Virus record (IMG/VR): IMGVR_UViG_3300028031_000001
Location: 1-64,000 of that record
DNA length: 64,000 bases
Direction: 5' to 3' (one strand)
From: a virus
Taxonomy: Duplodnaviria > Heunggongvirae > Uroviricota > Caudoviricetes
Position numbers and translations under genes: made by a program. Under the pieces are notes generated by a model. The model was given only the letters and a program-made list of their open reading frames with translations. It searched no databases and was not told the DNA's origin. Below are positions 1-9,801 of the stretch, in pieces (position 1 is the stretch's first letter; every line of letters begins with the position of its first letter).

Positions 1-11
1 ATATCGTTGGT

Positions 12-401
12 ATGTACAATGATATAACTGATTTAGCTACTGGTCGCGATATTGCTATTACTCGCAAAGGTACTGGCTTTGATACAACATATAATGTTGT
101 ACCAACGGCAGCACCATCTGTGGTGGATGTCAGTATTATGGCTAACGCTATAAATATTGACGCCGTAGTTGATCAACGATCTCCAGTAGGGGAGGCACGG
201 GCTCTTACGACAGTAGCTAAGATCGTAGGTATTGAAGTAGCCGAAAGACCAGCCATAGCTTCCACATCTGTAGCGGGTTCTCTAGGGACAGACGCAGCAG
301 AAGCAGAATATGTGGATGATTCGCCGGTTGTTGTTGAAGCGGAATTAGACTCGGAAGAAGACTTGCTTGCAGGTCTTGATAAAGAGCTAGATTCTCTGTA
401 A
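12..401 (+). CDS. Hypothetical protein with an acidic C-terminal tail. It may be the C-terminal part of an ssDNA-binding protein whose start lies upstream of the window.
   Basis: The ORF runs from the window edge. It has an Ala/Val-rich body and an acidic C-terminus (DSEEDLLAGLDKELDSL) like SSB tails. It sits next to recombination genes and is followed by a terminator. Confidence 0.35.
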   Translation: MYNDITDLATGRDIAITRKGTGFDTTYNVVPTAAPSVVDVSIMANAINIDAVVDQRSPVGEARALTTVAKIVGIEVAERPAIASTSVAGSLGTDAAEAEYVDDSPVVVEAELDSEEDLLAGLDKELDSL

Positions 402-407
402 AACTTT

Positions 408-431
408 GGGGGTGGATTCTCACCCCCTTTT
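408..431 (+). terminator. Rho-independent terminator
   Basis: GGGGGTG-gattct-CACCCCC hairpin followed by TTTT. Confidence 0.7.
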
Positions 432-451
432 ACCTTTTCTAAGGAAAGCCT

Positions 452-1378
452 ATGCCCTTTATGTTAATCGATGGTAACTCAGTTGGATACGCCGCCCAAT
501 ACGCAACCAAGTTAGTGGTTGACGGTATGGAGGTTCAGGCTATATACAATTCGTTACACACATTGAAAAAACTGAAGGCTGAGTACCCCGATTACGTTAT
601 GCTTATCCTGTGGGATGGTAGAGCGCAATTCAGATTTGATGCCTTGCCGGATTACAAAAGCGACAGGGACGACACTCATCACAAAGAAGTAAACAGGACT
701 GCGTATTCCATACAAGCTCCTGTCCTGCGAAAGATGGTTGGTCACTTAGGTTTTACACAAGTAGTTGCCCCAAATTTTGAGGCCGACGATCTGGCAGGTT
801 ATTTTACGACAAAGTTTAACGACAAGACTATCGAGCTAATAACTGGTGACAAGGACTGGCTACAACTTATTACGCCAAAAGTTTCTTGGCACGATCCCAG
901 ATACAGCCCCGGTACGTTTTGTAACTGGAGAGGCTTTCGAGACTTTACCAACTACGAGACTACTGCCAAGTTTTTAGAGGGGAAGGCATTGATTGGTGAT
1001 AAATCAGACAATATAAGCGGGGTAGGTGGTATAGGCCCAGTCGCTTCAGAAGGAATTATGAAAAACTTCGGCTCTGTAGCTGGGCTACTAAAGTGGTACA
1101 AAATCGCAGGGCCGCTTGATAAGAAGAACGTTCCCCAAGATTTGTCGAGAGTTCGGGGTAAGGTTAATAAATTTTGCGAGAGCGAAGACGCTCAAAAGAT
1201 ATTCAAAAGAAATATGGGTATAATGAATTTATCCAACTCAACGATACTGGAACAGGTAAAAAGTAACATTCAGATTGACAAAGGTAAGAAGGATATGAAG
1301 GCGTTCCACGATATGTGCGCTGAATTATCATTCTTATCTATCACAAGAAATATAGAAAAGTGGGGTAATATTACATGA
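452..1378 (+). CDS. 5'-3' exonuclease / flap endonuclease (T4 RNase H / T5 D15 family)
   Basis: Acidic residue clusters (EADDLAGY, GDKDW) and the helix-hairpin-helix motif GDKSDNISGVGGIGPVAS are typical of the FEN/5' nuclease family. Confidence 0.85.
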   Translation: MPFMLIDGNSVGYAAQYATKLVVDGMEVQAIYNSLHTLKKLKAEYPDYVMLILWDGRAQFRFDALPDYKSDRDDTHHKEVNRTAYSIQAPVLRKMVGHLGFTQVVAPNFEADDLAGYFTTKFNDKTIELITGDKDWLQLITPKVSWHDPRYSPGTFCNWRGFRDFTNYETTAKFLEGKALIGDKSDNISGVGGIGPVASEGIMKNFGSVAGLLKWYKIAGPLDKKNVPQDLSRVRGKVNKFCESEDAQKIFKRNMGIMNLSNSTILEQVKSNIQIDKGKKDMKAFHDMCAELSFLSITRNIEKWGNIT

Positions 1379-2421
1379 GCAAAGTAACAGAAAATATTCT
1401 TTCAATACTAGATGCTGAAATAGGGGAAAACGCACGTAGTCTAGGTGTAGCCGGATATTTAAATACTGGTATAGCAGAGCTGAATGAATCAGTTAATGGT
1501 AGTATCGATGGTGGATTTCCTATGGGCAGATTGATTGAAATATTCGGCCCAGCATCTTGCGGCAAAACATTCTTAGCTACTATGATGATGAAGTCCGCAC
1601 AGGAAGCTGGGGGAATCGCCGGCTTCTCAGATCATGAACGTTCGTTTGAACCAGTATTAGCACGAAGTCTCGGTTTAGATTTAGACCCTAGTAAATTTCG
1701 GTATGTAAGGCCGCAAACTTTTGAAGAGTCAATTGAAATTGCGGTAAAATTTTGCGAAGTAGTCCGTAAAAACAAACTGATACCCAAAGAAGCTCCCCTA
1801 ATATGGGTGTTTGATTCCGTCGCATCTATGGTACCTCACTCAAAATTATTTGACAGTGATGGGAGTAGAAGAGATATTGGTTCGTACAAAATGAATGATA
1901 AGCTTGCTTTAGCTATGTCATGCAGTCAAAGCTACCCTGTATTAGCTCAGTTTTGTGAAGATAATAATATGATGGCGCTCTTATTAAACCAAACCAGACT
2001 GAAGCCCGGATTAGTTTTTGGAGACCCCACCACAACACCCGGTGGACAAGCGGCTGAGTTTTACACGTCTGTACGGCTTAGTATAGGTAGGAAAATGATA
2101 TATGCCGGAACCGGCCCCAATAAAGACGCGGTTGGTTTTGAAATAACATCTAAAGCTGTTAAAAATAAAGTCGCTAGACCCTTCAAAACTGCCAAATGGA
2201 ATGTTATATTTAATGACGGGTTAGGGGTTCAAATTGATCAGGTGGCAACTAACCTAGATTTTGCTGATAAGTTGGGTCTATTAAAGAAGAGTGGAAAGCG
2301 ATACATTTGGGAGGATGGTAGCCCAATTTATCTAAAAGCTTTAATCAAGAAACTTAAAAAAGAAGATAATGGTTTGGAGAAAATTATGAAGTTAATTAGA
2401 GATTCGAAGGTTAAATCGTGA
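1375..2421 (+). CDS. RecA/UvsX-like recombinase
   Basis: GRLIEIFGPASCGKTFLATMMM is a RecA-type Walker A in RecA-like context (FSDHERSFEP..LGLDLD). The protein is 348 aa. Confidence 0.85.
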   Translation: MSKVTENILSILDAEIGENARSLGVAGYLNTGIAELNESVNGSIDGGFPMGRLIEIFGPASCGKTFLATMMMKSAQEAGGIAGFSDHERSFEPVLARSLGLDLDPSKFRYVRPQTFEESIEIAVKFCEVVRKNKLIPKEAPLIWVFDSVASMVPHSKLFDSDGSRRDIGSYKMNDKLALAMSCSQSYPVLAQFCEDNNMMALLLNQTRLKPGLVFGDPTTTPGGQAAEFYTSVRLSIGRKMIYAGTGPNKDAVGFEITSKAVKNKVARPFKTAKWNVIFNDGLGVQIDQVATNLDFADKLGLLKKSGKRYIWEDGSPIYLKALIKKLKKEDNGLEKIMKLIRDSKVKS

Positions 2422-3428
2422 AGCCATATATAATTATGTCAGACCTTCACTTCCATAACTGGTCTCAGTTCGCTACCACGAATTCTGATATGGTGAATTC
2501 AAGACTGCAAAATATTTTAGACGCCGTTGATTACGCTATAGAATGTTTGGTTGCGAAAGGTGGTAATCGGGTGTATATAGCGGGAGATGTATTTCACACA
2601 AGAGGTGCTGTACAGACCTCCGTATTGAATCCGGTATTAAGCCACTTCAAACGTCAAATCAACAAAGGAATTGAGTTCAGGATAATTCCGGGCAACCATG
2701 ACTTGGGAACAAAAGATACTCATTGGATTGGAAATGCGATTCAGAGTCTAGAAGGTATTGGATGTGAAGTAATAACTGCCCCAACAATATTTCCTGATGA
2801 TAAGGTGGTTATGTTCCCGTGGTATGACGATCTGGATAAATTACGTTTAGATATGAAAGTAAAGTATACGGGTGGATACTCCGCTATAATACACGCACCC
2901 TTAAATGATGTCATAAGGGGCATACCAAATTTAGGATTTGACCCTGCCGATTTGGAAACTATTGGGTATCGCAGAATTTATGTAGGTCATTACCACAACC
3001 ACAAAAATTTCAATAACAGGGTGTACTCTATCGGCTCATTGACCCACCAAACTTGGTCAGATGTGAATTCTACTTCCGGATTTATATTAGAGGCTGATGG
3101 AATTATTTCACATCTGGAAACAAAATCCCCAAAATTTGTAGACTCTGGAGGCATATCGCCAGTTTTAGAAAATAATTACATTCGCCATACCACCAATACC
3201 AGCAATGCCGCCAAAATAGAGCAATTTAGAAAGTCGTTTTATTCTAAAGGCGCTCTTGGTGTACAGATTAAGTCAGAGCCTGTAGTAGAATTTACTAGAA
3301 CAGTAAAATCGAAAGGTGATAACCCAACATTAGTCGAGTCTATGTCTAGTTGGGCGGATGAAAATATAATTAAGGATAAAGAAAAAATTCTTATAGAAGC
3401 TAATAAAATATTAGGGGATGTGTTATGA
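2418..3428 (+). CDS. Mre11/SbcD-like nuclease (gp47-like)
   Basis: Calcineurin-like phosphoesterase motifs DLHFHN, GDVFH, IPGNHD and GHYH. The gene is translationally coupled to the downstream SbcC-like gene. Confidence 0.8.
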   Translation: MKPYIIMSDLHFHNWSQFATTNSDMVNSRLQNILDAVDYAIECLVAKGGNRVYIAGDVFHTRGAVQTSVLNPVLSHFKRQINKGIEFRIIPGNHDLGTKDTHWIGNAIQSLEGIGCEVITAPTIFPDDKVVMFPWYDDLDKLRLDMKVKYTGGYSAIIHAPLNDVIRGIPNLGFDPADLETIGYRRIYVGHYHNHKNFNNRVYSIGSLTHQTWSDVNSTSGFILEADGIISHLETKSPKFVDSGGISPVLENNYIRHTTNTSNAAKIEQFRKSFYSKGALGVQIKSEPVVEFTRTVKSKGDNPTLVESMSSWADENIIKDKEKILIEANKILGDVL

Positions 3429-5353
3429 AAATAACCTCTGTACAAATAAAGAATTTTCTATCTATAGGTAGTATAGAATGCTCTCTAGAAGACAAGGGAT
3501 TGGTGTTAATACAAGGCGAAAATCTTGATGATACATCTCAAGATAGCAACGGCTCTGGAAAGTCTAGCTTGCCCGACGCAATAAGTTGGTGCCTATATGG
3601 TGTAACCGCTCGTGGTCAAACCGGTGATGCGGTTATTAATAAAAAATCTGGTAAGAATTGTTACGTATCCGTAATTCTAACGGATGAAGATCAAACTTGG
3701 ATAGTTATTAGAAATAGAAAAAACGGTGTGGAAAAAAACCGCTTAAAGCTTACCGGTTATGGTAAGGGTGGGATAATGCAAGACCTCGCTAAAGGAACTG
3801 ATAAATTAACGCAGGTTGTGCTAAATGAAATTTTAGGATGTTCTCAAGAAGTATTTATGGCTGCGGTATATGCAGGACAAGAGCATATGCCCGATTTACC
3901 ATCTATGACGGATAAAGCCTTAAAGGTTCTTGTAGAAGAAGCGGCTGGAATAGACGTCTTACAACGAGCGTTTGAAGTGGCTAAAGTTAACCTAAATACA
4001 GCTAAGACGCGCATAGATAGTATAAAGGCGGTGGTTGACTCGGCCAGACAGAGGTGTGTAACCATAGACGCGGATGTAAATTTTCAAGACAAGCAATCTG
4101 CTATCTGGATAAAGAGTAACGAAACAACCATCTGTGATTTAAAAATAAAAGCCAAATCAACTTCCACAACACTACAGGAATCAGTTGTTGGTGATAAAAG
4201 TTTACTTGAAGATCGATTATTATTAGTTAGAAAAATAATATTTGATTCTCCTAACGTTGAAAATAAAAGAGAGGAGCTTCAAAGTCATGTCGCTAAAGCA
4301 CATAGAGTGTTAGATGTACAAAATAACGAATTAAGAAATGCAAAAAAAACGCATCAAGTTTGCGCAAAAAACTTAACAAATGTAAAGGCAGCAATGGATG
4401 GGAATTGCGAAACGTGTGGTAGAAAACATGACGAAGTTAGCAGAGCAGCGTCTATAAAGGTTAGTAAAGCTACGTGGCAAGTCTCGGAAGATGCTATTAT
4501 TAAGTTAGAAGCTTTTATAATTGGCGCTAATAATGAAGTAGATAAACGCGTAAAAGCGCTTAATGTTTTTCAAAAGAATGTACCAGATTTGAGTGCGGAA
4601 TTAAACGAAAAAGGTTGTATAGTTGCTGAAATTCAAAAAATAGAAATGGCGCAAAATAGAAAAGACCTACTAACCAAATTTTTACAAGATCAGATCGATC
4701 ACATAAAAAAAGTTAAGAACGAAATAAATCCTCACCTCTCAGCTAAAGAGCGATCTTTACAACAAAGAGTCGAGCAGGAGGAGATCATCGATCTTTCTGG
4801 AATAGATATGCATGAAGCTGAAGAACAAATTCGGATATCTGAGGGTGTACATAAGATGTTTGGGCAATCTGGCGTCAGGGCTCATATATTAGATACAGTT
4901 ACGCCATTCTTAAATTCTCAAACAAATACTTATTTAACAGCGCTTACTGACGAAAATATATCTGCGGTATGGAGTACATTAACTAAGAAGGCAGATGGTA
5001 GCTTAAAAGAGAGTTTTAACATCTCAGTTACTTCAAAAACTGGCGCTGAATCGTTCAGAGGGCTTTCTGGGGGCGAAAAACGAAAAGTTAGGCTAGCATG
5101 TAGCATGGCCCTACAAGACCTCGTGAGTAGCCGCGCAACTAAGCCTATACAGCTATATATAGCTGATGAAATCGACGACGCACTAGATGAACAAGGTTTG
5201 GAAAGGCTAATGGGAATTCTGGATAAAAAAGCGAAGGATAAGGGCACAGTCTTGGTTATTTCACATAATTCACTATCCGATTGGATCAGGCAGGTAGTAA
5301 CGATACAAAAGAGAGACGGTCTATCATCTATGGTCGGAAATTCGTTAAAATAA
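3425..5353 (+). CDS. Rad50/SbcC-like ATPase (gp46-like)
   Basis: N-terminal Walker A QGENLDDTSQDSNGSGKSS. Long coiled-coil middle with a CxxC zinc hook (CETCGRK). C-terminal ABC signature LSGGEKRKV and Walker B LYIADEID. Confidence 0.85.
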   Translation: MKITSVQIKNFLSIGSIECSLEDKGLVLIQGENLDDTSQDSNGSGKSSLPDAISWCLYGVTARGQTGDAVINKKSGKNCYVSVILTDEDQTWIVIRNRKNGVEKNRLKLTGYGKGGIMQDLAKGTDKLTQVVLNEILGCSQEVFMAAVYAGQEHMPDLPSMTDKALKVLVEEAAGIDVLQRAFEVAKVNLNTAKTRIDSIKAVVDSARQRCVTIDADVNFQDKQSAIWIKSNETTICDLKIKAKSTSTTLQESVVGDKSLLEDRLLLVRKIIFDSPNVENKREELQSHVAKAHRVLDVQNNELRNAKKTHQVCAKNLTNVKAAMDGNCETCGRKHDEVSRAASIKVSKATWQVSEDAIIKLEAFIIGANNEVDKRVKALNVFQKNVPDLSAELNEKGCIVAEIQKIEMAQNRKDLLTKFLQDQIDHIKKVKNEINPHLSAKERSLQQRVEQEEIIDLSGIDMHEAEEQIRISEGVHKMFGQSGVRAHILDTVTPFLNSQTNTYLTALTDENISAVWSTLTKKADGSLKESFNISVTSKTGAESFRGLSGGEKRKVRLACSMALQDLVSSRATKPIQLYIADEIDDALDEQGLERLMGILDKKAKDKGTVLVISHNSLSDWIRQVVTIQKRDGLSSMVGNSLK

Positions 5354-5422
5354 TGAAAATACTTCTGGCTTTTTGCGAAAGTATAAGTTAAGATATATTA
5401 AATCAAAAACAGGAATAAAACT

Positions 5423-5872
5423 ATGACAGAGACTTATATAATAAATGACAAAGGCGCAGCACTGGAAGTATCACCGACAAGTTGGAACAGGTTGCAGGAT
5501 ACTGTTGACGAATATATATTGGTCACGACGAAAGTTAGCCAATCGTATACCACACAATATACGAACAGCAGCTTCAGCAGACCGGCGTTTCCTATAGAGA
5601 TTCATCTACAATTTACAGGTGGTCGTGTAGGTAAAGGAAAAGTTCAGAAATTCATTCTTGAATTCAAACCCAGAGACCCCATCACTCGAAAGGGTAAAGA
5701 GGTTAAGCAGATTGAAATTCTATTGAGCGAATTGGTTGATAAGGTTAATGGTGGACAGCGCTTGTTTGACAAGTTAACAGGAACTATGGGGGTTTTGCCT
5801 TCCGCCCCCACTATACACCCTTTAGAAGAAGACAGGTTTCAAGGCATTGCGGGGTACGGCGATTTTTCATGA
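5423..5872 (+). CDS. Hypothetical protein
   Basis: 149-aa ORF in an operon-like array; no recognisable motif. Confidence 0.45.
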   Translation: MTETYIINDKGAALEVSPTSWNRLQDTVDEYILVTTKVSQSYTTQYTNSSFSRPAFPIEIHLQFTGGRVGKGKVQKFILEFKPRDPITRKGKEVKQIEILLSELVDKVNGGQRLFDKLTGTMGVLPSAPTIHPLEEDRFQGIAGYGDFS

Positions 5873-6417
5873 AAGTTCTAGGTGTCGATATTAGTATGAA
5901 TAATTTAGGACTATCATTAGGAGAGCTTGATGATCATACTTTAGCACTCAGCTTTACAGAGTTAATTACAATTAAAACTAAAAAAGATGGCAAGTTCATA
6001 AAGCAGTTTAACCAAAGGATGGATGACCTTAGAAGGGCTAGACTTTTAGTTGAAGGCTTTCGGGAAATGGAAGAGAAGTGCGAAATTATTTTTGTAGAGC
6101 TGCCACATGGATCGCAGAGTTCTAGAGCCATGACTTCTTATGGGATGTCTATAATGCTAATGGCATATACCTTAAAGCCGGTCATAGTAGTAACGCCGAA
6201 CCAAGTTAAGGTTGTGGCTACGCATTACGGAGAAGCTTCTAAGAAGGAAATGGTTAAGTGGGCTTCGGATAAATACCCAAACGCTACATGGAAAAAATCG
6301 AAAGCTGGGGTTATTTACGAGAATAATGAACATAATGCGGATGCGATTGCGGCGGTAGAGGCTGGAATTTTACTGGATAGCTTTGTTAATGCCAAAATAA
6401 TGATGGAATATTTATGA
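5869..6417 (+). CDS. RuvC-like Holliday junction resolvase
   Basis: N-terminal MKVLGVDIS and C-terminal NEHNADAIAAVEAG resemble the RuvC catalytic Asp clusters (GIDPG ... DAADALAIA). Confidence 0.55.
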   Translation: MKVLGVDISMNNLGLSLGELDDHTLALSFTELITIKTKKDGKFIKQFNQRMDDLRRARLLVEGFREMEEKCEIIFVELPHGSQSSRAMTSYGMSIMLMAYTLKPVIVVTPNQVKVVATHYGEASKKEMVKWASDKYPNATWKKSKAGVIYENNEHNADAIAAVEAGILLDSFVNAKIMMEYL

Positions 6418-6884
6418 TCACTTTAAAAGCTATAGCTATTAAAGGTGGTATTCACATATCTTGGAAATTAAATAATGTTTGCGAATATACAGAATTTGTA
6501 AAAGTTTTTTCTAGCCCAACATCAAAATTTGTAGATGCTAAATTAATATACGAAGGGGTATCTGAATATTTCAACCATTACTTTGACCAAAAATTAAGAA
6601 GTCTTATAGGTAAAACGAGATATTATTTCGCATATGTTGTGAAAGAAAAAAATGCGGTAGTTTTTAACCAAAATGATTCTGTCGTATTTGCAAAGGGTGG
6701 GGACATTGCAAAAGAATTGATATTAACCCCATCACAAGCCTCTATGGTTGGCCCTGAGGTAAATATACAAGTAAATAAGGCAAGGCTCAACAAAAAAGAA
6801 AGGTTAGCAATTCAATGGGAAAAAACAAAAATAAAACTTGACCTTGAAATAGACCAAGAATTTAGTAAAGATTTTTTATTTTAA
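6414..6884 (+). CDS. Hypothetical protein
   Basis: 156-aa ORF with overlapping start and stop with neighbours. Confidence 0.45.
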   Translation: MITLKAIAIKGGIHISWKLNNVCEYTEFVKVFSSPTSKFVDAKLIYEGVSEYFNHYFDQKLRSLIGKTRYYFAYVVKEKNAVVFNQNDSVVFAKGGDIAKELILTPSQASMVGPEVNIQVNKARLNKKERLAIQWEKTKIKLDLEIDQEFSKDFLF

Positions 6885-6907
6885 ACAACCAGCGGTAAGG
6901 AAGTTAT

Positions 6908-9232
6908 ATGTCGAATCAGATGACAACGTATCAAGAATATATTCATATGTCCCGGTACGCAAGATGGATAGATGATAAGGGTAGAAGAGAAACATGGGAA
7001 GAAACGGTAGATAGATATTGCGACTTTTTTATCAACAGGGTTAAGGGTAAGTCGGCTATCACTGCGGCAAAGATTGATACGGAATTAAGAAATGCCATCA
7101 AGGATATGCAAGTAATGCCATCTATGCGCTGTATGATGTCAGCAGGCCCAGCACTAGAGAAATCTAATGTTGCTGGATATAACTGCTCAGCTATCGCGAT
7201 AGATCATATACGATCTTTTGACGAGATTCTTTATATTTTAATGTGCGGTACTGGCGTAGGTTTTTCAGTAGAAAGACAGTTTATTGTAAAATTACCTGAA
7301 GTTGCGGAAGATTTTCACAAAACAGACACAGTTATTCAAGTTCCGGATAGCAAAATAGGTTGGGCGAAATCCTTTAAAGAGTTAATTTCTCTACTGTATA
7401 ATGGCCAAATTCCAAAATGGGATATGTCCAAAGTTCGAGCAGAGGGCGAAGTTCTTAAAACATTTGGTGGTAGGGCATCCGGCCCCGCACCACTAAATGA
7501 TTTATTTGATTTCTCCGTAGCTTTGTTTTTAAGCGCCAAAGGGCGAAAATTAACATCGGTAGAGTGTCATGACTTAGTATGTAAAGTGGCGGAGATCGTA
7601 GTCGTGGGCGGCGTAAGGCGATCCGCGCTAATATCACTATCTAATCTTAGTGATGACCGTATGAGAGCCGCTAAAACAGGCCAATGGTGGATAGACAACC
7701 CTCAACGCGCACTAGCTAATAACTCGGCAGTTTATACGGATAAGCCAAACTTTGAGACGTTTATGAGTGAGTGGATAAGTATGTATGAATCGAAGGCAGG
7801 AGAGCGTGGAATATTTTCTAGAAAAGCGTCTAAAATACAAGCTGGAAAGAATGATCGTCGAAATTCGGATCACGAATTTTTAACAAATCCATGTTGCTTC
7901 GTTGGAAATATGAAACTCCTAACCGATGAAGGTTATAAAACTTTCGGAGAATTGGCGATGCACGAGGCTGTACAGATAGTAAACTGTAACGGCGATGTTA
8001 GCGAAGGTAAGGTTTGGAAGGTCGGAACAAAAGATGTAGTTACCATATCTTTTCCTGAAATTCTAAAGAAAAGACCTATTATATGTACCCCCGATCATAT
8101 CTTTATGTTGTCGGATGGTAGGGAGTGTAGAGCGGACGATTTAAAAGGTAGAACTCTTAAAAGTTTTGGTAGATTTGTCTGGTCACTTCCAATTATCGTT
8201 GCAGATGTGCAAAAGAGTAAAGCACAGCGGGACGTATATGACTTCACAGAACCCAGAACTCACTGGGGAGTGGTAGAGGGGGTCGTAGTTCACAACTCTG
8301 AAATCATTTTACGCCCACAACAATTTTGTAACCTTAGTGAGGTTGTTGTACGTAATGGAGATAGTCTAGATACTCTCAAAGAGAAGGTAAGGCAAGCAAC
8401 CATATTAGGTACGATTCAATCTACATTGACGGACTTTAAATATATACGCAAAATTTGGGAAAAAAATACCGAAGAAGAGCGCTTATTGGGAGTTAGTTTA
8501 ACCGGTATATATGATCATAATTTGCTAGGTGGAAAAACAAAAACTCTAGAAGGGAAAACGCTTCCGCAAGTTTTGGAGATTTTGAAACAAATAGCTATAG
8601 ACACAAATAAAGAATGTGCCGATAAACTTGGTATACCAGAAAGTACAGCGATAACGTGTGTCAAGCCTAGCGGAACTGTTAGCCAATTGGTAGATTCTGC
8701 ATCTGGCATCCACGCAAGGTTTGCGGAGTATTATATACGCAGAGTTAGAAGTGATAAGAAAGACCCTATCACACAATTTATGATTGATAAGGGGTTTCCT
8801 TATGAAGATGAAGTTACTAACGAATCTACGGTCGTATTTTCGTTTCCACAAAGTGCCCCTGCCGGCATGACATACACAAGCGAAGTATCAGCTACAGATC
8901 AGCTTAAACTGTGGGAGACTTACCAACGTTATTGGTGTGAGCACAAACCAAGCATTACCGTATACTACTCTGATGATGAATTTTTAGGAGTAGGACAATG
9001 GGTTTGGGATAATTTGGATGATATCAGCGGCATTTCATTTTTGCCAAGAGCCGACCACGTATACCGACAGCCACCTTATGAAGAAATTGACAAGGCTGAA
9101 TTTATGAAACTTCAGTCGGAAATGCCGGTGCTTGGTGGTTGGGGTATGTTATCAACATACGAATCTTCAGATATGACCACAGCTAGTCAGGAATTATCTT
9201 GTAGCAGCGCGGAGGGTTGTGATGTCATCTAA
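6908..9232 (+). CDS. Ribonucleotide reductase large subunit, likely class II (NrdJ-like), interrupted by a mini-intein
   Basis: Active-site motif NPC|SEI is split by an insertion. The C-terminus is Cys-rich (CSSAEGC). No NrdB partner gene is seen in the window. Confidence 0.8.
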   Translation: MSNQMTTYQEYIHMSRYARWIDDKGRRETWEETVDRYCDFFINRVKGKSAITAAKIDTELRNAIKDMQVMPSMRCMMSAGPALEKSNVAGYNCSAIAIDHIRSFDEILYILMCGTGVGFSVERQFIVKLPEVAEDFHKTDTVIQVPDSKIGWAKSFKELISLLYNGQIPKWDMSKVRAEGEVLKTFGGRASGPAPLNDLFDFSVALFLSAKGRKLTSVECHDLVCKVAEIVVVGGVRRSALISLSNLSDDRMRAAKTGQWWIDNPQRALANNSAVYTDKPNFETFMSEWISMYESKAGERGIFSRKASKIQAGKNDRRNSDHEFLTNPCCFVGNMKLLTDEGYKTFGELAMHEAVQIVNCNGDVSEGKVWKVGTKDVVTISFPEILKKRPIICTPDHIFMLSDGRECRADDLKGRTLKSFGRFVWSLPIIVADVQKSKAQRDVYDFTEPRTHWGVVEGVVVHNSEIILRPQQFCNLSEVVVRNGDSLDTLKEKVRQATILGTIQSTLTDFKYIRKIWEKNTEEERLLGVSLTGIYDHNLLGGKTKTLEGKTLPQVLEILKQIAIDTNKECADKLGIPESTAITCVKPSGTVSQLVDSASGIHARFAEYYIRRVRSDKKDPITQFMIDKGFPYEDEVTNESTVVFSFPQSAPAGMTYTSEVSATDQLKLWETYQRYWCEHKPSITVYYSDDEFLGVGQWVWDNLDDISGISFLPRADHVYRQPPYEEIDKAEFMKLQSEMPVLGGWGMLSTYESSDMTTASQELSCSSAEGCDVI
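7895..8296 (+). other. Mini-intein (134 aa) in the RNR active-site motif
   Basis: Starts with Cys (CFVGNMKLLTDEGY, block A). Has a TPDH block B and block F/G VYDFTEP...VVVHN, followed by the +1 Ser. Removing it restores NPCSEI. There is no room for a homing-endonuclease domain. Confidence 0.75.
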
Positions 9233-9434
9233 AAAACGACCAACATTTGAAAGGCTTCCAGAATCTCAAAAGGTTCAAAAACAAACCATTCTTAAAATGG
9301 GCATTCCTTACACAAGCGATTTAACCCAAAGGATGATGTGTATCTTAATTAATGGCGCAAATAAAAGGGAATGGCGGGATAAACTTAAAAATTCCGGATT
9401 ATGGAAAAAAGGAGTAAAAAGAAATGGACAATAG
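9219..9434 (+). CDS. Hypothetical small basic protein
   Basis: 71-aa ORF that overlaps the RNR stop codon. Confidence 0.35.
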   Translation: MMSSKKRPTFERLPESQKVQKQTILKMGIPYTSDLTQRMMCILINGANKREWRDKLKNSGLWKKGVKRNGQ

Positions 9435-9801
9435 CAAAACTATAGTTTATTATGCAAGAAATGAAGGGTTATATTTTACATATCAGGAAGATCGTGACAT
9501 AGAAACGATAGAGCAATTAGGTTTTGAAGTGGCTGATTTTCCAAAAAAATATGAAATACATAAAGAGAAGTCTAAGGTTGATGGGGATGTGATGGCATTA
9601 TTTCATAAGGTAATTGAGGAGTGTTATATTTTATTTTTCCGCAGGCTGATAAATGGTAAAATTAGCGCTGGAGTTTTTAGCGAAATAAAGTTCGCTCAGA
9701 AATTAGGTATACCGGTTTTGGAGTTACCAACAATTATGCCGTCTGACGGCTTAAGCGTTGAAGAGACAAGATGTGTATTGCGATACCTTGGAGAGAGATA
9801 A
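9424..9801 (+). CDS. Nucleoside 2-deoxyribosyltransferase-like / DUF4406-like Rossmann protein
   Basis: GKISAGVFSEIKFAQKLGIPVLEL resembles the catalytic Glu motif (SxGxxxExGxAxAxGKPV) of the deoxyribosyltransferase/Rcl family. Confidence 0.4.
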   Translation: MDNSKTIVYYARNEGLYFTYQEDRDIETIEQLGFEVADFPKKYEIHKEKSKVDGDVMALFHKVIEECYILFFRRLINGKISAGVFSEIKFAQKLGIPVLELPTIMPSDGLSVEETRCVLRYLGER

